Shown here one piece after another: positions 50,299 through 59,538 of a stretch of 64,000 nucleotides of DNA. Each line of letters begins with the position of its first letter. Positions within the stretch are counted from its first letter, which is position 1. The translations under genes and the position numbers were made by a program. The notes beneath the pieces are model-generated. The model was not told the DNA's origin and searched no databases. It worked only from the letters and a program-made list of their open reading frames with translations. The stretch is from an uncultured Gemmatimonadales bacterium. Lineage in GTDB: Bacteria; Gemmatimonadota; Gemmatimonadetes; Gemmatimonadales; GWC2-71-9. Where the stretch lies: contig CAWHFW010000005.1 of NCBI GenBank assembly GCA_963828735.1, forward strand, positions 1,504,001 through 1,568,000, in the 5' to 3' direction.

Positions 50299-51981
50299 GA
50301 GCTCCGGGAAATCCCGATCCCAGAACTCCATGGCTCCCCGCTCGCCATCCTTTCGTCGGCCTGCCTCCAACCTTCGAAGCTCGACCCGCCTGATCTTCCC
50401 CGAGATCGTCTTGGGGAGCTCGGCGAACTCGATGCAGTGAATCCGCTTGTAGCGGGGTAACCGTTCGCGGAGAAAGCGGAACAGTGCCAGGGCGAGCTCG
50501 CGAGAGGGGCGCACATTCCCACGGCACGCGATGAACGCCTTGGGAACGCTGAGCCGGACCGGGTCGGGGCTCGGCACCACGGCCGCCTCCGCGACGTCGG
50601 GATGCTCGACGATCGCGCTTTCGAGCTCGAACGGGCTGATGCGATAGTCCGAGCTCTTGAAGACGTCATCCGCTCGGCCCACGTAGGTGATGTACCCGTC
50701 GGCATCCCGAACCGCCACGTCCCCGGTGCGGTAGTAAGCGCCACGCGTCGCGTCCGCCGCGCGGGACTCGTCGTCCAGGTAACCTGCCATCAGGCCGAGT
50801 GGCGGCGGCGCGAGCGGAAGGGCGATCTCACCCTCGTCCGCCTCATTTCCGTGCTCGTCGAGCAGGGCCACGCGGTATCCCGGAAGCGGCCGCCCCATCG
50901 AGCCCGGCTTTACGACCTGTCCCGGAGAGTTTCCGACCTGTGCCGTTGTTTCCGTCTGGCCGTACCCGTCACGGATCGTGAGGCCCCAAGCGCGCCGCAC
51001 CCGCTCGATGACCTCGGGATTCAGGGGTTCACCCGCTCCCACGACCTCCCGCAAAGCGACCCGAAAGGCGGCCAAGTCCTCACCGACCAGCATCCGCCAT
51101 ACGGTCGGAGGCGCGCAGAGCGTGGTCACGCCGCAGCGAACGATCGTCTCCAGCGTCCTCCGCGGGTCGAATCGAGCGTAGTTGTAGGCGAAAACGGTAG
51201 CGCCCGCGTTCCACGGCGCGAAGGTGCTGCTCCACGCGTGCTTGGCCCACCCTGGCGAGCTGATGTTCCAATGGATGTCGCCCTCGCGCAGGCCGATCCA
51301 GTACATCGTGGAAAGGTGGCCCACTGGATAGCTCTGGTGCGTGTGGAGGACGAGCTTGGGCCGTGCGGTGGTGCCGGAGGTGAAGTAGAGGAGCAGGGGA
51401 TCGCCGGCGTGAGTGTCGGAGTCGGGCGCATACGTGGCGGGCTCGCGATCCGCCTCGTCGAAAGCGGTCCACCCCGGCTGCGCCGCGCCTACCACGAGCC
51501 GGGTCCACCGTCCGCCCTGGTCCTGCAGCTTCTCCGCTCCCTCCGCATCCGTCACGACATGGCGAATCTCACCGCGAGCCATCCGGTCCGCGAGATCCTC
51601 CTTGCCGAGCTGCGTCGTGCTCGGCACGAGAACCACGCCGAGCTTCATGGCGCCGAGCAGGATCTCCCACAATGGCGCCATGTTGGGAAGCATGAGCAGC
51701 AGGCGATCGCCGCGCCGCGCGCCGAGCCGGCGCAGGAAATTGGCGACACGGTTGCTCCGCGCCGACAGGTCTGCGAACGAGAAGGCGACATCCGGCCCAT
51801 CATCCTGGACCAGCCAGAGCGCGCGACGAGCGTTGCCGGCCGCATAGAGGTCGAACCAGTCCAGCGCCCAATTGAACCGGTCGAGATCCGGCCAACGAAA
51901 GTCCCGGCAGGCGTCGTCATACCGCTCGCGCCGAGCGAGCAGGGCCTCGCGTGCGTCGAAGAAGGCTTGTGCCGCACCCAT
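50272..51981 (-). CDS. AMP-binding acyl-CoA synthetase
   Basis: YFTSGTTARPK, GYGQTE, YRTGD, PKTISGKIRR. Confidence 0.9.
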   Translation of the reverse strand: MGAAQAFFDAREALLARRERYDDACRDFRWPDLDRFNWALDWFDLYAAGNARRALWLVQDDGPDVAFSFADLSARSNRVANFLRRLGARRGDRLLLMLPNMAPLWEILLGAMKLGVVLVPSTTQLGKEDLADRMARGEIRHVVTDAEGAEKLQDQGGRWTRLVVGAAQPGWTAFDEADREPATYAPDSDTHAGDPLLLYFTSGTTARPKLVLHTHQSYPVGHLSTMYWIGLREGDIHWNISSPGWAKHAWSSTFAPWNAGATVFAYNYARFDPRRTLETIVRCGVTTLCAPPTVWRMLVGEDLAAFRVALREVVGAGEPLNPEVIERVRRAWGLTIRDGYGQTETTAQVGNSPGQVVKPGSMGRPLPGYRVALLDEHGNEADEGEIALPLAPPPLGLMAGYLDDESRAADATRGAYYRTGDVAVRDADGYITYVGRADDVFKSSDYRISPFELESAIVEHPDVAEAAVVPSPDPVRLSVPKAFIACRGNVRPSRELALALFRFLRERLPRYKRIHCIEFAELPKTISGKIRRVELRRLEAGRRKDGERGAMEFWDRDFPELSQRGGRRG

Positions 51982-52000
51982 CTGCCTTACTCCAGGTGGG

Positions 52001-52639
52001 CTACTCCGCGGTCAGGCGGAGCGGGCGAAGGGCGGAGCGAAGCGTGCGGGCGTCGGACGTGGTGGCGCGGACCCACCAGCGATACTCGCCGGGGGGCAGC
52101 GTATGCGCCGCGTCAGGGGTGGCGGACGTGTCGCTGGTCGCCGCCGAGGCCGCCACCGCACCCCCGGCATCCAGCAGCTCGAGCTCGTACCGGCTCGCGC
52201 CGGACACCGGCCGCCAAGCGAACGTCAGCGACTGGCCCGCCGGCATCTCGGCGCCGGGCTGCACGAGCACGATGGCCCCCGACTCGCCGTCGCCACGGGT
52301 CGTGTCGTCGGTACCGGACCGGAGCACCTGCCGACCGATTCCCACCGCGAGCAGGAGGGACGCGGCCAGGACCGCAGGCATGAACCAGGCTCGACGGCCC
52401 GCAGGCCGGGCCGCCACACCGCTCTGGGCTCCGGCTCGTTCGAGCGTGCGCAGCAGGTCGAACTCGCGCCGGCAGTCGTCGCAGCCCATGACGTGGTCCA
52501 GCGTGGCGAGGCGCGCCTCCTCGGAGCCCTCGCGGCGCGCGAGCGCCGCGATGGCCTCCGGGGCCGGATGCGGTTCCGCGCCGGCGGGCCGGCCCGCCAC
52601 GGCTGCCGTGTACAACTCGCGTAGACGTTCGTCGCTCAT
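52001..52639 (-). CDS. zinc-finger (ZAS) anti-sigma factor with TM and extracytoplasmic beta domain
   Basis: HVMGCDDC (HxxxCxxC), TM WFMPAVLAASLLLAVGIG, FAWRPV...YRWWVRA; ATGA overlap with the sigma gene. Confidence 0.82.
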   Translation of the reverse strand: MSDERLRELYTAAVAGRPAGAEPHPAPEAIAALARREGSEEARLATLDHVMGCDDCRREFDLLRTLERAGAQSGVAARPAGRRAWFMPAVLAASLLLAVGIGRQVLRSGTDDTTRGDGESGAIVLVQPGAEMPAGQSLTFAWRPVSGASRYELELLDAGGAVAASAATSDTSATPDAAHTLPPGEYRWWVRATTSDARTLRSALRPLRLTAE

Positions 52640-53208
52640 GATGTCTCCTCGGCGCGGTCCCATCCCACGCCCATCTCCTGAAGCCGCTCGCGCAGGTCGG
52701 CGAGGCCGCGGTAGAGCAGGTTGCGGGTCTTTCCCTCGGTCCAACCCATCAGCTCGGCGATTTCCTCGCGCGGGTACCCGGTCAGGTACATCTTCACCAC
52801 GGGGCGGCGGGAAGCGGGAATCGTTTCGAGTGCCCGAGCCACTTGCTCGGCAACCTCGGACCCTTCGAGCGCTCCGTGGGGGTCGGGCGCGGGCTCGGCG
52901 ATGGTCACCGTGGTCCCTTCGTCGTCCAGGGACTGGTGGTGCTCGGCCCGGCGGGAGCGCCGGCGGCGTATCACGTCCAGGGCGGCCGAGCTCGCCGTCC
53001 GGTATACGTAAGACGTGGACACCTCGCCGATCTGCTCACTCGTCCGCTGGGCCCGCCAGAGCCGGATCCGAACCTCCTGCATCACCTCGTCCACGTCCGA
53101 GTCGTCGAGGCGGTAGCGGCGGCTCACCTGCCGGACCATCGCGCCGAAACGCTTGAGCACCGCTTCGACCGCGAGGGAGAGATGTTGTTCGGCTTCGGGC
53201 AGTGTCAT
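52636..53208 (-). CDS. ECF RNA polymerase sigma factor
   Basis: DEVMQEVRIRLW (region 2), EEIAELMGWTEGKTRNLLYRGL (region 4). Confidence 0.9.
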   Translation of the reverse strand: MTLPEAEQHLSLAVEAVLKRFGAMVRQVSRRYRLDDSDVDEVMQEVRIRLWRAQRTSEQIGEVSTSYVYRTASSAALDVIRRRRSRRAEHHQSLDDEGTTVTIAEPAPDPHGALEGSEVAEQVARALETIPASRRPVVKMYLTGYPREEIAELMGWTEGKTRNLLYRGLADLRERLQEMGVGWDRAEETS

Positions 53209-53259
53209 GCCGGAAGTATCGGACTCCCGACCCCGAGGCGCCAGCGCTCGGACCGCCGA

Positions 53260-54291
53260 TCACTCCATCAGCGCGAGCGCCTGATTTCCTCGGTCGCGCC
53301 ATGCCGCGCCGCAGTCGACGACGGCGGCATCGGCGCACCGGCGGGCGGCGTCGAGGAGCTGCTCGACCGAATGAAAGCCGGGAGGGCCGTCGATGTACTC
53401 GATGTGGGGCCAGTCCCACGACTGGTCCGGCGCCCCGATGAGCCGGAAGGTGTCGGCTTCATTGGCCACCACCCAGCGGCGGAATGCGATCCAGTGCGCC
53501 CGGGTGACACTGTTCCGCAGGTTGCCGTCGTCGACCACCACGTCCACCGCGAATCCCTCCGCGTGGCGCGAGGTGGCGGTGTGGGTGAGCCGGCTGTCGA
53601 GGGCGAGGAGGTAAGCCTGACGCTCGGCGGACCGGCGCGCCTCGGCGATCCGGACCCGGAACCCCGCGCGACGGGCCGCCGCCAGCACACGGGCGACGTG
53701 CGGCCGGACGACGGAGTCGAGCGATCCCAGCGAGCGATCCACTTGGTGGGTGCTGGCCGGAAAGGACTCGGGAAGGGTGGACGCCAACCGGCGCTCGAGC
53801 TCCTCCCACGACTCGCCCGGCTGGCGGACCGACGCCGCGCCTATCCGGTAGGAGCTCACCAGGTCGCGCTCACCACGATCCCAATCAGTGTCATAGGTGA
53901 GGGTGGCGCCCGGCAGTGTGTCGGACAGGTAGAGACGCTGGGGCTCCTCGATCCCGAACTCACGACGCAGCAGGTCCCGCTCTTCCTCCGAGAAGGCCCG
54001 CCCGAGGTAGCGCAGGACGCCGCGCTCGTCCCGTCCCGCGTAGGATGCACGCGGATATTCCGATACCACGCGGGCCGCAGAGGTGTGCCGCACGGCGGCC
54101 GACTCCTCGCCGTCGACGGCGTCCGTTCGATCGGCCACCGAATCGAGCGTTCGGGACGGATCGAGGGCCGCGGAGATGAGCGCGCTCAGGCCCGGCGCCA
54201 TCTGCGGCAGCGCCCGCCCTGCCGGCGTCAAGGAAAGCATCAGCGCCAAGCAGAGCGCACGTGCACGGTGTGAGAGCTGCGTCCGGTACAT
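53260..54291 (-). CDS. secreted protein with C-terminal M15 family peptidase domain
   Basis: RRSAERQAYL, SRHAEGFAVDV (SxHxxGxAxD), WDWPHIE (DxxH). Confidence 0.75.
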   Translation of the reverse strand: MYRTQLSHRARALCLALMLSLTPAGRALPQMAPGLSALISAALDPSRTLDSVADRTDAVDGEESAAVRHTSAARVVSEYPRASYAGRDERGVLRYLGRAFSEEERDLLRREFGIEEPQRLYLSDTLPGATLTYDTDWDRGERDLVSSYRIGAASVRQPGESWEELERRLASTLPESFPASTHQVDRSLGSLDSVVRPHVARVLAAARRAGFRVRIAEARRSAERQAYLLALDSRLTHTATSRHAEGFAVDVVVDDGNLRNSVTRAHWIAFRRWVVANEADTFRLIGAPDQSWDWPHIEYIDGPPGFHSVEQLLDAARRCADAAVVDCGAAWRDRGNQALALME

Positions 54292-54327
54292 CGAATCCTC
54301 GCCCAGGAGTGTGGTTGCTGGGCGTAG

Positions 54328-54355
54328 GACGTGGGGTAGGGGGAAGGATTCTCAG
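54328..54355 (-). promoter_or_regulatory. ECF-type promoter candidate (CTGAGAA-N17-CGTC) upstream of the M15 gene
   Basis: Same hexamer/tetramer and spacing as 55337-55364. Confidence 0.6.
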
Positions 54356-54448
54356 TCGGGCGATCGGCCAGCAGAGAGAGCGAATCTGGGGCGCACGAAG
54401 GGGCGTGCACTTGGCAGGCCCCTTCGCTCGTTGTCCGGCGGTGTCGGT

Positions 54449-55294
54449 CTACCTCGTCGCGATCGCTCCGCCCACCTCGAACTCCTGAATCATGCCGTGC
54501 TGGAAGTGCTGCTTACCATCCTTCCGGTCCGGGAGGAAGCAGATCAGACCATATCGTCCCGGCTGCAGCTCCACGTGCATGTAGGACGTCTGGCCAACGG
54601 CGAGCGGGCTGATGCCGCCGAGCGGGAGGCCTGGCGGATTGCCGATGCCCTGGTCGATGAACGCGATCACATCCTGCGTCGTCTTGCCGGGCGCGAGCTG
54701 CACCAGCTCGAACTCGTGCCACTGGGTCCCTTCATTGCGCACCTCGATCACGTGCTTGCCGGCGGCGAGAGGTCGCGAGAGGAAGAAGCTGTAGTCGCGG
54801 AGCGTCATCACCACGTCCGCCGAAGGGGCCTTCGCGGGCTCGCCCGACTTTACGACGGTAAGCGAGCGGACCATGCCCTTCATCAGGTGCGGGACGCCGT
54901 CCTTGCTCGGGATCAGGCAGGCGACAACGTAAAGGCCAGGCGTCAGCGTAACCGTGGCGATCGCCTCCCCGCCCTCAGGCCGCGGCGCGTTCGGACCGCC
55001 GGCATCCCTGAGCCAGCTCGGCAGCGGACCGTGCACCTTGAGCGCCTCGAGGACGTCGGCGACCGTGTGGCCGCCATCCATCCGGGAAATCCAGACGTGG
55101 TGGAACTCTTTGCCTCGATTGACCAACCGTATGGTCACGGCACCCTCGGGCAAGGTGTCCGGCATCTCCAGGGTGTAGTCGCGGGCGGTGACGGTTACGG
55201 ACGGGACTGCCTCGTCCGCGCGCTGATGAGCATAGGCCCCCAGCACCAGGGGGAGCGCTGCAAGACTTAGCAGTGCGAGTGTGGTGGACTTCAT
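54449..55294 (-). CDS. secreted tandem cupredoxin-like protein
   Basis: Two repeats, each H...C-x-x-P...H-x4-M (CLIPSKDGVPHLMKGM; CFLPDRKDGKQHFQHGM). Confidence 0.72.
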   Translation of the reverse strand: MKSTTLALLSLAALPLVLGAYAHQRADEAVPSVTVTARDYTLEMPDTLPEGAVTIRLVNRGKEFHHVWISRMDGGHTVADVLEALKVHGPLPSWLRDAGGPNAPRPEGGEAIATVTLTPGLYVVACLIPSKDGVPHLMKGMVRSLTVVKSGEPAKAPSADVVMTLRDYSFFLSRPLAAGKHVIEVRNEGTQWHEFELVQLAPGKTTQDVIAFIDQGIGNPPGLPLGGISPLAVGQTSYMHVELQPGRYGLICFLPDRKDGKQHFQHGMIQEFEVGGAIATR

Positions 55295-55336
55295 GGCATG
55301 GCTCCTTGGGATGGTGTCGTCTGCGTCTCACCATCT

Positions 55337-55364
55337 GACGACGCGATCTCCAATTCCTTCTCAG
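55337..55364 (-). promoter_or_regulatory. ECF-type promoter candidate (CTGAGAA-N17-CGTC) upstream of the cupredoxin gene
   Basis: Same motif as 54328-54355. Confidence 0.6.
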
Positions 55365-55414
55365 CGTCATGGCCCCCTGGCGGATGCCGCCGTCGGCGCT
55401 CGAAATTGGACGCC

Positions 55415-56431
55415 ATGCCACTCCGCCTGGGTGTGCTCGGCTGCGGCCGGGTCTTCGAGCGATTTCACTTGCCCGCGATCGACCATACACCCTCCACGAC
55501 CCTCGTCGGAGCGGCCGACGTCGAGGCCGCGCGGCTCGCCTGGGCAGCGAGCAGGTCCCCGCGACCCGCGCTCGGCCGCTCCCTCGAGGAGCTGCTGGCG
55601 CAGACGGACCTGGACGCGCTGCTGATCCTCACCACACCCACGGCGCACGCGGGCCTGGCGGTTCAGGCACTCGAGGCGGGCCTCCACGTGCTGGTGGAGA
55701 AGCCGATGGCGTTGACGGTGACGGAAGGCCGGAGGATGACCGATGTCGCGCGCAGCAGAGGTCGCCTCTTGCAGGTGGGACACACCCGCCGGTTCAGGGA
55801 GCCGTACGCGTGGCTCCGCGCTCGCCTCCGAGACCCGGCTGCCCCGCGACCGCTGCAGGCCCACTTCGAGCTGACGTTCCCGATCGTCGGCTGGAACGCC
55901 TATTCAGGGTTCCTCGGCGATGGAACGCGGGGCGGGGCACCGCTCGACGACGTCCTGTCCCACCAAGTGGACCTGCTGTGCTGGTGCTTCGAGGCGAAGC
56001 CCGATGCGGCCCGAGCGGAAATCGGCGCCGGCGGCGCGGTACGAGCGGAGTTCCGATTCGAGAAGGTGACCGCGACCTGCCACGCGTCGCACGGCGGCTA
56101 CGCCGAGCGCCTCGAGATGTGCATGGCCGACCGCCGAACGCTCGAGGCGACCGGCACGCGGGTGCGATTCGGCGCGGGGTCAAGCTTTCCCGGGTGGCGG
56201 CGGCAGCGGGCGATGCTGCTGGATCGGCTCACCCTGGCGGGCAACAAGCTTCGCAGGCGACCCAAGATCTCGAACACGAGCTTCGAGCTGCAGCTGCAGG
56301 ATTTCGTGCAGGCGATCGGCGGCGGCACGCAGGCAGGGGCGACTGCCGCCGAAGGGGTGCGCGTCCTCGAGGTGCTGGACGCCTGCCGCCGCAGCGCGGA
56401 GCAGCGCGGCGTCTGGATCCCGGTCGACTAG
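55415..56431 (+). CDS. Gfo/Idh/MocA family oxidoreductase
   Basis: GVLGCG, HVLVEKPMA, DVLSHQVD. Confidence 0.87.
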   Translation: MPLRLGVLGCGRVFERFHLPAIDHTPSTTLVGAADVEAARLAWAASRSPRPALGRSLEELLAQTDLDALLILTTPTAHAGLAVQALEAGLHVLVEKPMALTVTEGRRMTDVARSRGRLLQVGHTRRFREPYAWLRARLRDPAAPRPLQAHFELTFPIVGWNAYSGFLGDGTRGGAPLDDVLSHQVDLLCWCFEAKPDAARAEIGAGGAVRAEFRFEKVTATCHASHGGYAERLEMCMADRRTLEATGTRVRFGAGSSFPGWRRQRAMLLDRLTLAGNKLRRRPKISNTSFELQLQDFVQAIGGGTQAGATAAEGVRVLEVLDACRRSAEQRGVWIPVD

Positions 56432-57958
56432 CTAGACCAATTGCCTGAGAATCTTGCCGGCGAGTGGCACGCGGGAGCGGCCGCCGATGAGATGCACTGC
56501 CGTCGGTGCCAGGTCGAGAATGTCGGCGCCGGGCTCGAGCTGGGCGCCGGCCGGGATCCCCGCGCCTCGAGCGATCAGGAATCCAAAGGGCGAATGGTTG
56601 CCGCTCCGTCCGTTCGGGATTCGCCCCGGCGTCGACCGGTCCACCCGTCCGAAGGCCGGAGACGTGAGGGCCGCGTGCGGCGCCGCCGAAGACTCGCTCC
56701 AGCGCACGATAAGGTCGGGCATGCGGTGGTTTCGCTCCCCGGCGGGGAACACCTCGTCGGCCCGGCGAACCTCCTCGATGATGGGCTCGCCCGTATCGGC
56801 GTCGCGAAAGCTCATGAGCCCGTCGGAGAGCCGGTCGCACAGCGCCCGGACATCTGACGGGGCGACGATGCCCCGCGCCTCGCGGCCCTGGACATTGAGC
56901 CGGATGTAGCCGTTGAGGTCGGCGCGCAGCGTGAACGCCGGTGTCCGCTCCCAGTTGACGCCACCGGTGGTCCATCGCGTCATGATGCGGTTCTTGATCG
57001 GCTTCGGCACGGCGTTGGTGAGCGCCCGGCGGACCGGCAGAGGCAGGGACTCACCGAGGCGGCGGAGCACGCCGCGCCGCGGGCGTTCCGCGGCCGGCCC
57101 GTTCAGCACGCGGGCGAGCATGTCGTCGAGCAGGTCCACGCGCGCGGAGTTGACCATCATGCCGTGGAGCGAGAAGACCATGACCGTGGCGTCCGGCGCG
57201 GCGGTCACCAGCTCCGCGACGGTGCGGTCGGCCGTCCGATAGAGCTCGCGCAGGGCGTTGTCGAACCACGCCGTGTGCGCCGGCGGCAGCTCGGTGTCCA
57301 CGCTGGTGCGGTCCCAGAAGCGATGTCCGCCGCGGTGAAGGGCGCCGAACACGACGACGCCCAGGTTCCACGGCCGCTCGAGCAGCCACCGCGAGAGCTC
57401 GGTCGAGCGCCTCGTGAGGTTGATCAGCTCGGCGTGCAGCTCGCGTAAGTGCGCCAGCGACGCACGGCCGTACTCGTCGGTCCGGATGGGCGACTCGCCG
57501 AACCGTTGCACCACCTCCGCCAGGAGCTCGGGCGGATGGGACTGGGGCGCCACCAGCTTGTCGTGGCTGCCCCACCCGGTGACCTCGACACCGCCGAAGG
57601 GAACCGTCCCCGGCGTCATCGGCACGTCGTGCACGATCGAGGTGACGTCCCCCTCGATTTCCCGCCAGAACGGCCGCACCGGCAGCCAGTCGGTCGCCGG
57701 AGCGGCGAAACCCATGTCCTCCTGGCGCCACTGGAAATCGTGATAGATGCCGTGGTCGGAGGGCGGCCGACCGGTATAGAATGTCGGCCAGGGGGAGCCC
57801 GTCAGATAGCGAGCCGAGGTCGACAGGCGGCCCCAGGTCCCGGCATCCCGAAGGGCACGCAGCGCGGGCAGGGTGCCATCGTCCATCCACCGCTCGACCA
57901 GTGACGCATCAGCGGCATCCAGGCCGATGAGCAGGAGTTTTCGATGATTGAGGGGCAT
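56432..57958 (-). CDS. alkaline phosphatase superfamily (nucleotide pyrophosphatase/phosphodiesterase-like) protein
   Basis: LLIGLDAAD, WPTFYTG..P..HGIY, FSLHGM, SGNH. Confidence 0.8.
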   Translation of the reverse strand: MPLNHRKLLLIGLDAADASLVERWMDDGTLPALRALRDAGTWGRLSTSARYLTGSPWPTFYTGRPPSDHGIYHDFQWRQEDMGFAAPATDWLPVRPFWREIEGDVTSIVHDVPMTPGTVPFGGVEVTGWGSHDKLVAPQSHPPELLAEVVQRFGESPIRTDEYGRASLAHLRELHAELINLTRRSTELSRWLLERPWNLGVVVFGALHRGGHRFWDRTSVDTELPPAHTAWFDNALRELYRTADRTVAELVTAAPDATVMVFSLHGMMVNSARVDLLDDMLARVLNGPAAERPRRGVLRRLGESLPLPVRRALTNAVPKPIKNRIMTRWTTGGVNWERTPAFTLRADLNGYIRLNVQGREARGIVAPSDVRALCDRLSDGLMSFRDADTGEPIIEEVRRADEVFPAGERNHRMPDLIVRWSESSAAPHAALTSPAFGRVDRSTPGRIPNGRSGNHSPFGFLIARGAGIPAGAQLEPGADILDLAPTAVHLIGGRSRVPLAGKILRQLV

Positions 57959-58046
57959 ACGGGCAAGGATCACGCGCGCCCGGCAGGAAGTCAAACCGCG
58001 GGCGAGCTGCTGGTCGTGATCGTGCCCATGCGGCACCGACCGCCGC

Positions 58047-59000
58047 CTACACGATAGGCTCGAGTCCCGCCAGGATCGCCTCCCGCTGCGGCTCCAGGAA
58101 CGGGGGCAGGGCCACATGCTCGCCGAGCGTCGCGGGATCCTCGTCAACCGCGAACCCCGGCCCATCCGTGGCGATCTCGAACAGAATCCCGTTCGGCTCG
58201 CGGAAGTAGAGGCTCCGGAAGTAGTACCGGTCCACTTCGCCGCTGTTCGGTATCCGGCTCGCGTCCAGCCGCTCCCGCCACGCGTGGTACTCCGCCTCGT
58301 TCGGAGTCCGGAAGGCCACGTGATGCACGCCACCCGCGCCGAGGCGGGCGGGCGCGAGGTCGGGTTGCTCGGCGACGTGCAGCTCCGCGCTGGGTCCGCC
58401 GTCGCCCATCTCGTAGACGTGCACGGTGTGAGCGGCGTTGTCGGGCGCAGCGTACCCGCGGACTCTCCGGAGTCCCATCATCCCGGTGAGCAGCTCATCG
58501 GTTGGGCCAAGGCGGGGCACGCTCATCACGATCGGGCCAAGCCCGCGAATCTGCCGCTCGGCCGGGACCGGGCTCCGGTCCCAGGACACGGAGCGTGCAC
58601 CCGCACCGCCATCGTCCAGCAGCGCCAGGCGCTGTCCCTCCGGATCTTCGAAATCGAGGGTCGCACGCCCGTCGCGCTCCGCCACCGCCCCGGACCGCAC
58701 GCCCAGCTCCGCGAACCGGGCGGCCCACCAGTCGAGCGCGTCACGCCCGGTCACCCTCAGACAGGTCCGCACCACGCTATGTGTGCCGCGCCGTTCGCGC
58801 GGCATCTTCCAGTCGAAGAAGGTCAGGTCGGTCCCGGGGGACCCCACCGCGTCGGCGTAGAACAGATGGTACGCGCTCACGTCGTCCTGATTGACGCTCC
58901 GCTTCACCAGGCGCATGCCCAGCGTGCGGGTATAGAAGCGATAGTTGCCGCCGATGTCGGCGGAGACCGCCGTCAGATGATGGATGCCACCGAGCTCCAT
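58047..59000 (-). CDS. ring-cleaving dioxygenase, VOC family (MhqO/LinE-like)
   Basis: [52 protein letters not shown]. Confidence 0.9.
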   Translation of the reverse strand: MELGGIHHLTAVSADIGGNYRFYTRTLGMRLVKRSVNQDDVSAYHLFYADAVGSPGTDLTFFDWKMPRERRGTHSVVRTCLRVTGRDALDWWAARFAELGVRSGAVAERDGRATLDFEDPEGQRLALLDDGGAGARSVSWDRSPVPAERQIRGLGPIVMSVPRLGPTDELLTGMMGLRRVRGYAAPDNAAHTVHVYEMGDGGPSAELHVAEQPDLAPARLGAGGVHHVAFRTPNEAEYHAWRERLDASRIPNSGEVDRYYFRSLYFREPNGILFEIATDGPGFAVDEDPATLGEHVALPPFLEPQREAILAGLEPIV

Positions 59001-59094
59001 GGTCAAACTCCTCCGAGGACCTCGGAAATCTACCTTCTCCGGAGCGCGGAGTTCCGAACTGGGCGCAGGGACCGGCGCCCCCGTGACCGGGCGG

Positions 59095-59538
59095 TCACGC
59101 CCGGATGAACGTCGCCACGTCGTCGTCCCGTCGCAGCGCCGCGAGCGCCTCGGCGTCCGGCCGTTCGGGCACGTCCCGGTCGCAGTCCACCATGCAGAGA
59201 AAGCCGAGCGGCTCCTGGCCCGCCGGCTGAAACTGGTGCCAGGTGAGCGGGGGCACGCGGACGAGGTCGTGAGTGCCTGCGTCGATGATCCGGTCGCCGA
59301 CCAGCACTCGCCCAGCGCCCCGGACGATCATCACCGCATGCGCGTGGCGGTGTCGCTCGAGGGAGGACCAGCCGCCGGGTGCGATCTCGAAATAGCGAAG
59401 CTCGCAGCCGAGGCCTTCGCCTCCGACGAAGAGCACCTGACGGGTGATGCCTGCGAAGTGCGCCCCTTCACCCTTGTAGGGCTTGACCTCCACGCCGTCC
59501 CACCGAAACGGCTGGGTCTGGCGAACGTGCTCGCTCAT
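59095..59538 (-). CDS. cupin, probable methylthioxylulose-5-phosphate methylsulfurylase
   Basis: [45 protein letters not shown]; overlaps the RLP stop. Confidence 0.82.
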   Translation of the reverse strand: MSEHVRQTQPFRWDGVEVKPYKGEGAHFAGITRQVLFVGGEGLGCELRYFEIAPGGWSSLERHRHAHAVMIVRGAGRVLVGDRIIDAGTHDLVRVPPLTWHQFQPAGQEPLGFLCMVDCDRDVPERPDAEALAALRRDDDVATFIRA

